From Octopus vulgaris (Eukaryota): 64,000 nucleotides of DNA. Within the stretch, counting starts at the first letter, position 1. Each line of letters opens with the position of its first letter. This document shows positions 26,765 through 41,031 of the stretch, piece after piece. The position numbers and the translations under genes are program-made. The stretch is from the NCBI GenBank assembly GCA_951406725.2, contig OX597822.1, positions 13,578,001-13,642,000 on the forward strand, in the 5' to 3' direction. The notes beneath the pieces are model-generated. The model searched no databases, was not told the DNA's origin, and saw only the letters and a program-made list of their open reading frames with translations.

Positions 26765-26922
26765 GGAGGTCGACACTGCCGCCCTTTTTTTGTGTTTCCT
26801 TCCTTGATATACGTTCATCTGGAATCTTGGATAACAGGGAGTCAAGTTGTTTCTTGACAACATCTAATCCTACTCTATGAAGATCCCTCAGATGTTTTGG
26901 GAAGACGTTAAATAACTGTGGG
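26765..26922 (-). pseudogene. CR1/L2-like LINE C-terminal fragment
   Basis: PQLFNVFPKHLRDL...KKQLDSLLSKIPDE resembles the CR1 end (LFN.LP..LR...FK..LD..L..IPD). Confidence 0.7.
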
Positions 26923-27052
26923 CTTCCCAACCACATGGTTCCGTGTTCAGTCCCACTGCGTGGTACCTTGGGCAAGTGTCCTCTACTATAGCCTCGGGCC
27001 GACCAAAGCCTTGTGAGTGGATTTGGTAGACGGAAACTGAAAGAAGCCTGTC

Positions 27053-27115
<63 letters not shown>

Positions 27116-27280
27116 TCACCCCAACATTGCTTGTCAACCGATGTTGGTGTGTTTACGTCCCCGTAACTTAGCGGTTCGGCAAAAGATCCCGATAGAATAA
27201 GTCTTAGGGTCGATTTGATCGACTAAAGGCGATTCTCCGGCATAGCCGCAGTCATATGACTGAAACAAATAAAATAATAA
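26923..27280 (+). mobile_element. SINE family B
   Basis: Body and tail match family B. Confidence 0.85.
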
Positions 27281-27990
27281 AATATATTTATAAAAGAGAG
27301 TGAGAATATATATATATATTCCCTCTCTCATTCTTCATTCTTTCTGGATTTTTCTCACCTTACGGTCCTTCTCTCTCTCATTCTTCATTCTTTCTGGTTT
27401 TCTCTACCACCCTCCCCTTTCTTTCTCTCCCTTTCACCGTTCCCTTTCTCTTTCTCCATTCCTCCCTCTCGTCACTGACACGTGACCAGAGGGCCACTGT
27501 CTTTCTGTCTACTTCCTCCAACAAGTGTAGACGGCCTTTTCTGTCCCTCTCTCAAGCCGTTTTCAAAGCGTTCAAAATAATTTTTCCTTTCGTTCAGGCT
27601 TAACAGCCCTTACTGTTTGTGTTACTGTTATTCTCCTTGTCCTGTCTTTTACTGTTTTTATTTGTATTGTTTTTACTGTCCTGTTTTGTTACCACTTTTA
27701 CACCTCCACAAAAAAATCACAAATTTTATTTAATTTGCTTTGCGGGAAGGATTGTTTCAACGGAGTCATGTCTCGCCTTTACCTTCAAAACATGGAGTAG
27801 ACGTGCACATGCGGCTGAAGAAGGGGAATTTTACTTGTGTTGTATGTTTTGTTTTCGTTTCTCATTGTGTTCGACGTTTTTTTTTGGTGTCCTGTATATA
27901 TGCATGTATATATACATATAGATGTAGGTATGTACATATATGTATGTATATATGCATATGTTATATTTAGTATTTTGTTATTATATATAC

Positions 27991-28039
<49 letters not shown>

Positions 28040-28084
28040 CATATATATATGTGTATATATATATGTATGTATATATATATATAT

Positions 28085-28512
<428 letters not shown>

Positions 28513-28516
28513 AAAT

Positions 28517-28803
28517 GCCTTGTGAGTGGATTTGGTAGACGGAAACGGAAAAAATCCTGTCGTATATATGTATATATATATATGTATGTGCGTGTGTGTG
28601 TTTGTGTGTTTGTCCCCCTAGCATTGCTTGACAACCGATGCCGGTGTGTTTACGTCCCCGTCACTTAGCGGTTCGGCAAAAGTGACCGATAGAATAAGTA
28701 CTGGGCTTACAAAGAATAAGTCCCGGGGTCGATTTGCTCGACTATAGGCGGTGCTCCAGCATGGCCGCAGTCAAATGACTGAAACAAGTAAAAGAGTAAA
28801 GAG
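28517..28803 (+). mobile_element. SINE family B, 3' part
   Basis: High identity to family B body and tail. Confidence 0.88.
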
Positions 28804-29084
28804 CATATATATATATATATATACACGCACACACATTTTAGCATCCGCGTGACAAGTCGTTTTCATTCCTATTTACATTTTACATTTGGAAGGAGGCGTT
28901 GTAGAAGTCATTTATTGTTCAATGTTGCTTTGCTTCATTGAAAGACAAATACTTGTAACAGCCCACCCAGGTAAGTAAAAAGTAAATTGTTTTAGCAGAT
29001 GAAAATAGTTGGGAAATGACAATAAACCGATAAAGGAATATTAAAGAATATAAACACCCACACACATTTATAATATATAATATT

Positions 29085-29133
<49 letters not shown>

Positions 29134-29235
29134 GTAAATGTAAAATATATATATATGTATATATATATCTTTAAATATAATATAATATATATACATGTAT
29201 ATATATATATATATATATTATTTTATATTTAAAGA

Positions 29236-29268
<33 letters not shown>

Positions 29269-29374
29269 TTTACATTTACAGATAAAAATTTTTTTTACCT
29301 TTGTAAGGTATTTCTTTCATGCTGGCCACTTGATAATTTCGACACTTAAATATCGATATTATCCTCATATATAA

Positions 29375-29513
<139 letters not shown>

Positions 29514-30243
29514 CAGATAGACAGACATGTATGCGTGTGTCTGTATATAAGCATAAATCCGTGGTGAAGCGAATGTTCTTTATGTTGCCTGTCTCGTTTC
29601 TCTTTTTGTTTCTTTCGTTGTTCCAAAAAAAGTTCGTTTTCTATGTTTTTGTTTCTTTATGTTCTCGTTTGTTCACGTTTTTTTTTTATATCCTGTACCC
29701 ATATATGCATGTATATATACATATATATGTCGGTATGTACATATATGTACATATATGTACATATATGAGGTCGACTTTGCCTTTCATCCTTTCGGGGTCG
29801 ATAAATTAAGTACCAGTTACGCACTGGAGGTGATATATTTGACTTAATCCGTTTGTCTGTCCTTGTTTGTCCCCTCTGTGTTTAACCCCTTGTAGGTAAT
29901 AAAGAAATAGGTATGTACATATATGTATGTATATATGCATATATTTATATATTGTTTAGTTATATAAATATATATGTACACACGCGTACACGAATAGAGA
30001 AAGAAAAATACATAGGAGACAAGAAAGAAAGAGAGAAAGAAAGAAAGAAAGAAAGAAAGAAAGGAAGAAAGAAAGAAAGGAAGGAAGGAAGGAAGGAAGG
30101 AAGGAAGGAATGGAAGGGAGAAAAGATAATGGTGACTGAAAATTTTGGGAAGTAGGGGTTAGCTGAGAGACATGAATAACTGAAGGCACAAAAAAAATGG
30201 GGTAGAGATAGTAGTAACGGTGGTGGGTTTGCTATTATAGATA

Positions 30244-30379
30244 GTGGTGGCGGTAGTCGAAGTAGGGGCAGTAAAAGTGGCGGAGGTAGTGGTGGTGGTG
30301 GTCGTCGTCGTCGTCGTCGTTGTCGTCGTCGTGTTGCTGTTGCTTATAGTAGTGTTGGTAGTGATGATAGTGGTGATTA

Positions 30380-30454
<75 letters not shown>

Positions 30455-30470
30455 CAGCAGCAACAGCAAA
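30244..30470. repeat. Compound (GTG)/(GTC)/(GTA)n trinucleotide repeat
   Basis: Direct reading; explains the poly-V/poly-Y ORFs. Confidence 0.92.
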
Positions 30471-31026
30471 GATGGTGGTATGGTCGGTGTTGTCTACACT
30501 TATAGCTCAAGGTTCCCAGTGCCAGATGGAGAAAGCTTCGTTCGTAGGTGAGGAGGAATATCGTGGTGGTGGTGGTGGTGGTGGTGGCTGGGAGTGTGGG
30601 ACAGAGGAACAGATATATTTAAGGAGACTAGCAGAGGTGTTGTGTGGGGATCGGGGCGGGACGGTGTGTTTGGTTGGTCGGTCAGTTGGCTTGTTGGTTG
30701 GTTTGTTGATTGGTTGGTAAGTTGGCTAGTTGCTTAGTAACTTGCTGGGTTCCTTGGCTGCTTGGGTTAAGACAAAAAACATGGCGGAACACCGATGGAA
30801 GATTTAGAGGCGAAACCTGATAGGAGTAAATAAACAGAAGTTGTGAAAGTAAAGGTTAGGAGGATAAAATGTCGGTGGCGGGGTGGGGGGGGCGCTATCG
30901 TGTATGGCGGTTTGGCGGAGCGGGGGGGGGGGCGATGTGTTGCGGAAGGTGTTGAGGGAGTAGTGGATAGAGTTTAGGGGTCACGTTTGTTTTGTGCCTT
31001 ATTCTACTTGTTGTTCATGTTGCTTT

Positions 31027-31193
31027 ACAGGCGTGGTTGTGTGATTCGATGCGTTTCCTTCCCAACCACATGATTCTGGGTTCAGTCCCACTGCGTGGCG
31101 CCTTGGGCAGGTGCCTTCTACTATAGCCCCGGGCCGACCAAAGCTCTGTGAGTGGCTTTGGTAGACGGAAACTGAAAGAAGGCCATCGGATAC

Positions 31194-31257
<64 letters not shown>

Positions 31258-31460
31258 ACCACCCCCTTTCCCGGCTGACAGCCTGTACTGGAGTGTTTGG
31301 TTCCCCGTCACCTAGCAGTTTGGTAAACAGTGTCAGATATGAATAAGAAGCAAGTTTAAAAGCGATGGGTATTGGGGTTGATCCATTCGATGAGAAATTC
31401 TTCAAGGCAGTACCCCAGCATGGCCGTAGTCAAATGAGTAAAATGATAGTAGATAAAAGA
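31027..31460 (+). mobile_element. SINE family B, older subfamily
   Basis: Head, ccttgggcaggtg core, (TG)n, diverged tail. Confidence 0.82.
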
Positions 31461-31927
31461 ACTATTTCTAACAGCTCGAACACACACGGCGATGCCACCA
31501 CCCACCCGGCGATGTCTCCACCCACCCACCTTAAATGCTGGGATAGTTGTGACGATGTTGTTGTTGGTGGCGGCGGTGGTGGTGGTGGTGGTGGCATCGG
31601 CGGTGTTCTAGTTAGGTAGACGCTATGGTAAAGATAGAGGACGCAGCTTGTTGTCTGTGTTAGCAGTCGGACTACTTAATGTCGACGGCAGAGCGGCAGT
31701 AATGGGGGAGCCAGTGTCAGAGGATGTAGTGGTGATCGTGGTGGTTGTAGTGACGGTAGAGGGCGCTTATTAACGACGCCTTCATACTGGTTGCTTCCAC
31801 CCAGCTTCCACATATTCTAAAGTTACCTAATGTGTTCTGCTCCATTACATTTTTTTTGCCGTTTCTCGTACGAAAAGCACTGATCCTCCTTCAACGCAAT
31901 CAGAAATCCTTCAAATTCACCCTCTCA

Positions 31928-31998
<71 letters not shown>

Positions 31999-32038
31999 CA
32001 CGCACACACTCATACATGCACTCACAGACTCATTAATA

Positions 32039-32363
32039 GGTGCAGGAGTGGCTGTGTGGTAAGAAGCTTGCTTACCAACCACATGGTCTCTGTGGCACCT
32101 TCGGCAAGTGTCTATATAAAGCCTTAGGCCAACCAAAGCCTTGTGAGTAGATTTGGTAGACGGAAACTGAAAGAAACCCGTCGTATATGTATATATATGT
32201 ATGTGTATGTGTGTGTATGTGTTTTCGTAACATAGCGGTTCGGCAAATATGACCGATAGAATAAGTACTAGGCTTACAAAGAATAAGTCCTGGAGTCGAT
32301 TTGTTCGACGAAAGTGGTGCTCCGGCATGGCCACTATCAAATGGCTGAAACAAGTAAAAGAGT
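32039..32363 (+). mobile_element. SINE family B
   Basis: ggtgcaggagtggctgtgtggtaag head through caagtaaaagag tail. Confidence 0.85.
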
Positions 32364-32488
32364 ATATGTGTGTGTGTTTGTGTGTGTGTGTGTGCGTCTG
32401 TGTATGCGTGTGTGTATATGTGACCGCGTGTGAATCGTTGGCGATTTTTTCCCTCCGTCTTCCCTTCCTTGGATCTTTCCTTTATGTA

Positions 32489-32525
32489 TGTTTCTGACGA
32501 AGAGCTCCGCTCGAAACGTTAAATT
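32489..32525 (+). ncRNA. Minimal hammerhead ribozyme (family HH-B, repeat about 32418-32600)
   Basis: TTT CTGACGA A GAGC TCC GCTC GAAAC GTT AAA; intact core, short stem I. Confidence 0.75.
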
Positions 32526-32614
32526 CTCCTTCTTTCCTTTCCTATACTTGTTCCACGTCCTCGTGTTTTCTCTTTGTGTTTTCATGTTTGGATTAACTTT
32601 ATATGTATATATAT

Positions 32615-33198
32615 ATATTATATAAAATCTGTTCTGTCTGTCTGTGTCTTCTAGGATCTCGGGCATCCTCCATCCGATTGCGCTCAAATTTGATATGTAG
32701 ATACCTATTTCTTTACTACCCACAAGGGGCTAAACACAGAGAGGACAAACAAGGACAGACAAAGGGATCAATTTGATTACATCGACCCCAGTGTGTAACT
32801 GGTACTTAATTTATCGACCCCGAAAGGATGAAAGGCAAAGTCGACCTCGGCGGAATTTGAACTCACAATGTAACGGCAGACAGTATCAAGGCGTGTACAA
32901 GTCTTGAAGATATTACAAAATTCGATTCCAGGCGAGAATGCGATCGATAAAGCTGTGGGAACGTGCATTTCTACGCACAAGTACATCAGCTGTTGCGATC
33001 GATACTATGCGCACGCAAGAAAAAGTGCACGTGCAGTTTGCGCAAAAGAAGCCGGCCTGTGTGGTGTCTCAAATTTAGGTTAAATCACTGTTTCTCACAT
33101 GGGATGCCTATGGGACGGTCGGACAAGTTGTTTTGAGAAAATTTGGCTTAAATGTTTGACAACTCAGCACCGTCCATTGGACGTGGGGCGTTTTGCTC

Positions 33199-33199
<1 letters not shown>
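32615..33199 (+). mobile_element. Non-autonomous Helitron-like element with SINE A inserted at 32705-32881
   Basis: 5' tatataaaatctgttctgtctgtctg; 3' hairpin cgtcc-att-ggacg then CTCG|T; extra 3' end at 33471; inverted copy at 37218. Confidence 0.65.
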
Positions 33200-33260
<61 letters not shown>

Positions 33261-33470
33261 GAAAGTTTGTTTGGTAAAGCACGTGGGTGAATATATAAGA
33301 AAATAGTAAAGTGTGAAAACACGACAGAAGGCTTAATTGTTAAAAAATATATATATTTGTGTCAAAATGTCTGGAGAATATTGGAAAATTTTTTTCCCTT
33401 TCCTTAAAATGACATTTTTAAATGTTTAAAGACAATCAGCACCGTCCATTCGACGTGGGGCGTTTTGCTC

Positions 33471-33523
<53 letters not shown>

Positions 33524-33527
<4 letters not shown>

Positions 33528-33700
33528 GGGAAGCTTTATGAAAATAAACAAAAGACGAAGGCAGGTGGAGTACAAACAAACAATTGTATTAGTATGGCGC
33601 TCAGGAATATAAATAAAACAAGTCTTTTACGTTTCGAGCCTGCGCTCTTCAACAGAAAGATACACAGAAAAGAAACACGGAGAGAAACAAGGAGAGAGAA
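33524..33700 (-). mobile_element. HH-C repeat with hammerhead-like motif at 33623-33660
   Basis: Minus strand TCTTT CTGTTGA A GAGC gcag GCTC GAAAC GTA AAAGA. Confidence 0.78.
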
Positions 33701-34129
33701 AAAATACGTGCAGAAGCTAGCGATTCAACGAAGAATAAACACAAGCAAAAAAAAACAAAAAACAACGCGAGCGTTTGGTACATGCAAAATCTTAGCAGAG
33801 GCACAGGGAAGGAAAGTCCGAGAGAAAAGGAAGAGGGAAGAAAAAAATCGCAAACGACTCAGACGTGGTTGCAGTTTAAAATGACGGAATGAAATGGGTG
33901 AAAAACAAAGTTATTTCTAAGACAGGAGTGTTAGAGAGAAGGAAGTATGTGTGGGCATGTGCGTGCGCGCACGTGTGTGTGCGTGTGTTGTGTGCGTGGT
34001 GTTTGTGTAGTGTTGGCTGTTTATATGTGTATGTGTGAGTAAACTGCGTGTCTCTTAATGTTGTAGGGAGAATGATCTGTCCAATTTTGAACTGAAAGTT
34101 TATTTTACTTTACCTCGACAAAAAGCAAT

Positions 34130-34860
34130 GCAGTGAATAAATAATCAACACAGTTCTGCCATTTTATCGGTAGCTTATTTATGCTGGCAGTGAAGAATTC
34201 TGTAGAGAAAAGGTGATGAAATCACGAAAGGCTGTTTTTGCATCTTCTTCAGATTTGAAGTTTTTTTCGTTGCAAAAAGTTGTCTAATGCTTGGAAAATG
34301 TGATGGTCAGTTGATGCAAGGTCTGGTGAATATGGTGGATGACAGAGTACTTCCAAGTTAAGTTCCTGTAACTTGAATAGTGTTCTTTGTACAACATGTG
34401 GTCAAGCACTTGTCTTGCAAGACAATTGGCCTGTCTCTATTGACCAATTTTGGATGTTTAATTGGAAGTTCACTCATAATTTCATCCACTTGGTTTATAT
34501 ATACATCCGCTGTAATTGACTTACCAGCTCTCATGAAGCTGTAGTGGATGACACCAGCGCTGGATCACCAAACAGACATCATTAGCTCTTTTTGGTGTAT
34601 ATTCTTTTTTGGATTGTTCTGGTACTTAATCTCTATCCAACCACCGTTCAGAACGACTGCTATTGTTAAAAAGAATCCATTTTTCATCACACGTGACAAT
34701 ACGATGCAAAAATGTTTCGCTTTTATGCCGTGACAGCAAAGAACAGCTAGTTTCAAGACAAAGTGTCTTTTGATGCTCGTTTAGTTCGTGTGGTACCCAC
34801 TTGTACAGCTTCTTTCAAAGTGCCGGGTATTAAAACAACTCTCGCTAAATCCCATTCAGG
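34130..34860 (-). pseudogene. Decayed mariner (DD34D-type) transposase
   Basis: KWVPHEL, RIVTCDEKWI, MMSVW, HPPYSPDLASTD motifs in order, broken by stops and frameshifts. Confidence 0.88.
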
Positions 34861-35490
34861 GATGATGATCATCGATGTTAACCATTTTTGTGGCTCATCA
34901 ATATCACGTGTCTGAATCAAATTGGAAGTGAACAGCATCGCCAGTCCATGACTATATGCGTATACGTAAAAACCATTTTTATGGTATTCCCCGACGATGG
35001 TTACGAAAGAATAAATTCAGGTAAAAATTAGAAGCAGCACTGGCGCTGTAAACATTATCAAACTAACATACTGAAAAGAAGAAGTAAAATAGAACCAGTG
35101 TGTGTATTTATTATTGGCTAAATGACTCTCCCGAGATACAACAAAATACTTTATAATAGTTTTATAATCGCGATGGTACAGACAATACCATTTTGTATCC
35201 ACGATACATATATTCTTTCTATGTCAGGCTTGTGTAGTATATTCTAAATACTATCATTATTTTCTTTTGTCTCTTTTACCTTCCTAATTCATTTAGCGTC
35301 CAATTAAGATTATTGTAAATATATTTTATTGCAAGTTTTATAGGCTGTTACCTTTTTTCTTTAGTATTTAACTCTATTTTAAATATTGATCAACTTCCTA
35401 TAAAATACTCCTTCCTAGTTTTCTTTCACTTTTCTTTGTATATAACACTCTTTCTAATTCATTTATACCTACTTATTTAATTTTCATTGC

Positions 35491-35556
<66 letters not shown>

Positions 35557-37217
35557 AAAGGATGCGTATTTTCGTCGCTAACTTTCTGTCTTCGAAGTAG
35601 CGCAGGTGCATATTTCTGTTTCAAATCTCAATAATTCATGTATTAAGTCCGTATACTATCTGTTGCGGTGTTTTGTAATTATATATTACTGACAGCATAC
35701 GTATTGAGGCCGTCCGTACTGGAGGAAATGTGGTTTCTTATTTTTAAATCCTACTTTTTGTGCGTCTGCGGAATTATTTGTCATCTGTGCATGGTGTGTT
35801 CTATATGTCTGGTGTTGTCTTATTCATAAACAAATATTTCTGTTTCTCGTGTGAAGAAAGCCTTCTTTTTGCCAATCCGTGTCATAATCAGGTTATTGCT
35901 TCTCCTTCTATAGACTTCTTTTCTGGGTTTACTGATCAGTAATTGACATTTAAAGCAAACACGCTTCTGCAGTACCTCTGTTCCTTTGGGGGGAAATGGT
36001 TGGGATATCGTAACGAGGTTCTACATGAGTGGGTATGAGACATATATCCACGGCTGTCTTAGCGCTGCCCCTTTCGTATCGATGATTCGACGTTGGCTAA
36101 TTTATTTGACATCATACGTTTTAATGTTTCTCTCGTTCTCTCCCCCTCCCTCCGTCTCTCTGTCTCTCTTTCTCTCTTTCGCTCTCTCACTCACTCTTTC
36201 TCTGGGTGTGTGTGTTTTCTCCCAGTGCCAAAAAGGAGTGTCAACAAAAGAGATTCAATGTCTGGCTAACAGTGCCAAATCCTCAACGTCCAAACATTTG
36301 CGCCCAGTCGTCTCATTCCGTACATTAGTTTTCATTGCGACATTATTATGATTAAAACTTTGGAAACTGCTGTGAGAGAGTTTTAGTATATTTGGACTGG
36401 TAATTTAGTGTTTCAGTCAAAGATATCAAAATGGTTTTCTCTTTAGTTCCTAGTCATGTTCTGTTTCCGGCTCATCACCATCTTTATTAAACAACTCTAC
36501 AAATACTACATGTGTCTTCCAATATTTTAATCAGAAGCTTTGGTTTGCAACATTTCCAGGAAGTTTCCTGTTGTTTCCTTTTTGTAACGACTACTTCCGG
36601 TGATGTTATTGCCTCCAACAATGATCAGGTGATGTGTGGTCGTTTGTTTCAACAATCTCGTCCGCAGTTCTTCCTTCGCTGTACATATGTTTGTGTGCGC
36701 GTGTATATATAAAACTTATTCCTAAATATTATCGACAGTGATTGTCGTGGCTTCGTGATAAGGAGTTTGCTCCCTAGTCACATGATTCTGCGTTCAATCC
36801 CACCCCTTGCGCAAGTGTCTTCTACTATAACCTCGTGTCAACAAAAGCCTTGCGTGGATTTGTCAAACGGAAACAGAAAGAAGTTTGTTGCATGCGCGCG
36901 TGCGCATGTGTGTTTGTTCTCTACCACCACTTGACAACAGGTGTTGGTTTGTTTACGTTCCTGTAACTTAGCAATTCGACTCAGAGGCATTTGAATAACT
37001 ACACGAATTTAAAATATAAATACTTGGGCTGATTCGTTCGACTAAAATTCTTCAATATATATTATATATATTGTTTATTTGTTTTTTTTACTTTTTGTGA
37101 TCTAGATATATGTTTTATAATATATTTTATTTTTTCTTTATGATTTGGTTTATGTCTATCATTGTTTGAATTACATAATAGTGATTTTTCTCTAATTTAT
37201 ATATATATATATATATA

Positions 37218-37770
37218 CGAGCAAAACGCCCCCTGTCCAATGGACGGTGCTGAGTTGTCAAACATTTAAACCAAATTTTCTCAAAATACCTTGTCCGACC
37301 GTCCCATATGCCTCCCCTTTGAGAAACACTGATTTAACCTACATTTGAGACACCAGCAAAGGAAGAAATAAACACAGACTTTTTTTTTCTATTCCAAAGA
37401 AAAATGATTTTATTCACACAAATATGCAGCCGAAGAGTTTAAAGTACCATTAATGATAAGGCTGTTGACTGGGAGAACACAGACATGGTTTAAACAGTAA
37501 GCTTGGCAGGAAAGAAAAGTGCCTTTAAGCAGTACAAAAACAACAAAAAATGGAAGGTACAGTTATGTACAGGTTGACGGAAGAAAAGCAGGACAAAAAC
37601 GGCTTTATCGATCGCATTCTCACCTGGAATCGATTTTTGTAATTTTTTCAAGACTTATACACACCCTGATACCGTCGGTATCTACATATCAAATTTGAGC
37701 GCAATCGGATGGAGAATGCCCGAGATCCTAAAAGACACACACACAGACAGAACGGATTTTATATAATATA
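37218..37770 (-). mobile_element. Non-autonomous Helitron-like element, same family as 32615
   Basis: Both ends are reverse complements of 32615-33199. Confidence 0.65.
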
Positions 37771-37786
37771 TATATGTGTGTGTGAG

Positions 37787-38063
37787 GGTTGTCATCGCAG
37801 AGTATACACGCAGCAAGTTTAGATGGGCTGGACACGTCGCCCGGCTCACCGATTATCGGTGGACCCGCGCAGTTGTCGAGTGGTACCCGCGCGAGCGAAA
37901 ACGACCACCCGGAAGACCTCCAAGACGGTGGAGTAACGATTTCAGGAGGACGATTGGGACCACGTGGATGAGAAAGGCGCGATCCAGAGAGGAGTGGACA
38001 GCGTGCTGTGACCAGCGGTGTCAAATAGACGCCTGACGGACTGGTCGGTCAAGGTGATCAAGG

Positions 38064-38064
<1 letters not shown>
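37787..38064 (+). pseudogene. RTE-clade LINE 3' end
   Basis: KFRWAGHVARLTDYRWT..VVEWYPRERKRPPGRPPRRW...W; short tandem tail tcaaggtgatcaagg. Confidence 0.88.
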
Positions 38065-38114
<50 letters not shown>

Positions 38115-38128
38115 CATTATATATATAC

Positions 38129-38167
<39 letters not shown>

Positions 38168-40048
38168 CTCACACACACACACGCACATGCATGTATGTAT
38201 GTTTGTATATATATATATATGTTATATGTAAGTATATATATGTGTGTGCATATATGTGATTCTGGCACAAATAACGGTTAATTTTATTTTTAACTTTTCT
38301 ATTGGCAACTCTATCTTGTGTCACACACTCTGGTCGGCGTAATCGAAAAAGAATAAAGACATGTTAGTGGTAAGCTCTCTAAACACCTACTGCAGGAGGC
38401 TTCCATCATTGCCATATGTTTGTAAGAGAGTGCAGGTCTTTGGGAGGACTAAAAAGGCGCATATGCACTGCTCTGTACTAAGAGAGCTATCGATAGCGTT
38501 GCTGAAAATTGATATGCAGCCATCACGTATGTGTGTGTGTGCGCGCGCTCGTGTGTTCTCTATGTCTTTTTAATTTAGAATAAATTTCGACCGGCCACCT
38601 ACTTGGTAGCAGGGTTGTGAAGGAAAGCATCCTGTTTAGCTCATTATTCTTGCAGATTTTTATAGCCCCAGATATGGCGATTATTTGTAGCATATGAATT
38701 AAGGATTTGTGTTCTATCCCCAGTATCCTAAATTCCCAACACTTTGCTCCAGACTGCCTGGTATGTATCCTGTTGCTCCAAGAATAATAAGTATGAATCT
38801 GAAGGTGAATGGATCGATTCCATCTCAATCACAGATTTTTAAATTTATTTTTTTAACTAAACATTTTGAAATTTCGAATACGTTGTTGATTGGTTGAAAT
38901 TGTCCAAATACAACTTTAACAACGAAATAATTTCTAAAATACGAAATTTTGTCAAAAACGTTCAGAGTAAACTGTGTTCTACGTGAGAAATTCTACAAGT
39001 ATTCGAAGTTTCAAACTGTTTGGTTAAAAGAAATTAATTAAAAAATCTGCTGCTGTTTACGTCCCTGTAACGTAGCGGTTCGGCCAAAGAGACCGATAGA
39101 ATAAGTACTAGGCTTACAAAGAATAATTCCTGAGGTCGATTTGCTCCACTAAAAGGCGGTGCTCCAGCATGGCCGCAGTTAACAAATAAAAGAATAGACG
39201 TCTTCTTACTCTTATATTTTCCTAACCACATTGGTGTCCGGAATATATCTTTTCCTTGTGGTTCCACACAACAATAACTGACCGGTCCTTTTAACTTGGT
39301 GGCTGTTTTAATCTTTAAGTTCCACCACTTTTATTTTTAGCTGTCTCTTGATCTCTATCTTTATTCTTTTATTCTTTTACTTGTTCAATCATTCGATGGC
39401 GGCCGTGATGGAGCACCACCTTGAATGGATTTAGTCGAGCACATCACCCCCACCTCAGACTTATTTTATAAGCCTGCTACTTATTCTGTCGGTTCCTATG
39501 TCACGGGGACGAAAACACAACAACACCGGTTGTCAAGCGGGGATAGGAAGACAAACACAGACATAAAGACGCACACACGTACACACACACAGACAAACAC
39601 ACACACACATACACACATACACACACACATACGCAAACTGGCTAGTTATAAAAACTCACGAACAGTAAAGCCAATGGTCGCATCAAAGTGGCTGTTGAAT
39701 GTTGCTACTAGTTTAACCCCAGGCAGATTCTCCACCAGCGACTCTGCACCCTTACTACACAGTATTCTGTTAGCAGGAGCGGGGGATGAACCCATACCAA
39801 CCTCTAGCAGGTATCAGGACCGCGAGACTGACACAGTTTCGAGCTATTTGGCTCATCCTAAGTCGCGACCACCTGTACGCCAGAGCGATAGTCAGTAATC
39901 AGAGTCCCTCTGCTTATAATACAGCCATCGCTCGTCACATTGCGGTTCACCTACCGAGCCCTCAAGACATCGCAAATTTATATGTAAATTTATATCACTT
40001 ACTTCTCAGTATATCGCGGGTTTTCTACGGTCGATAGGTATATGTATG

Positions 40049-40392
40049 CCCACGGGCATATGGCGTAGCGGTTAAGAGCGCAGTTTACTAACCTCAAGAT
40101 TCCGAGTTCGATTCCAAGCAGAGACCTGAAGAAGAAGAAGAAGAAGAAGAAGAAGAAGAAGAAGAAGAAGAAGAAGAAGAAGAAGAAGAAGAAGAAGAAG
40201 AAGAAGAAGAAGAAGAAGAAGAAGAAGAAGAAGAAGAAGAAGAAGAAGAAGAAGAAGAAGAAGAAGAAGAAGAAGAAGAAGAAGAAGAAGAAGAAGAAGA
40301 AGAAGAAGAAGAAGAAGAAGAAGAAGAAGAAGAAGAAGAAGAAGAAGAAGAAGAAGAAGAAGAAGAAGAAGAAGAAGAAGAAGAAGAAGAAG

Positions 40393-40421
<29 letters not shown>
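40049..40421 (+). mobile_element. tRNA-like head (40049-40128) followed by about 290 bp of perfect (AAG)n
   Basis: Same head as 13840-13920 with B box gagttcgattcc; the repeat starts immediately after gacctg. Confidence 0.78.
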
Positions 40422-40423
<2 letters not shown>

Positions 40424-40516
40424 TCTGTGGTAAAATAAGCATTTTCACGCCTAAAAATAAATGAACAAAAATAGAGTATAGTACTGCTCTGTATAACACA
40501 TTAATTAGACTATATC

Positions 40517-40553
<37 letters not shown>

Positions 40554-40999
40554 GAGAGTGGAGTACAGAGCTGATAAGAAATTAGAATGACACAGAAATA
40601 AGAAATTATGTCCTGGCTGTCATTAGCTAAAAGATGCAATGCAGTCACGGTTGAGTGCTTGTGTTTCGCCATATTGCTTCATCGGGACTTCTAACATATG
40701 TGTGTGTGTGCTTTAGTATCCCAGCGCTTCGTCACAACCGGTCTAGGTTCGTTCGCGTCCACATAATTTAGCGTTTCGGCAAGCGGAGAGCAACAGAATG
40801 AATACCAAGCTTTAAAAAAAAGAACTGAAAAAAAGGCATCGAGGTTTATTTGTTCGACTAAATCCATCACGGGCGTGCTCCAGCATGGCCGCGCTCTAAA
40901 AACTAGAACACGTAAAAGATAAAAAGTAAAGTGATATATGTGAGACTCTACTGTTTGGATTTAGTATGCAGAGCGTTACTGAGAGAGCTTTTTTATGTT

Positions 41000-41031
<32 letters not shown>

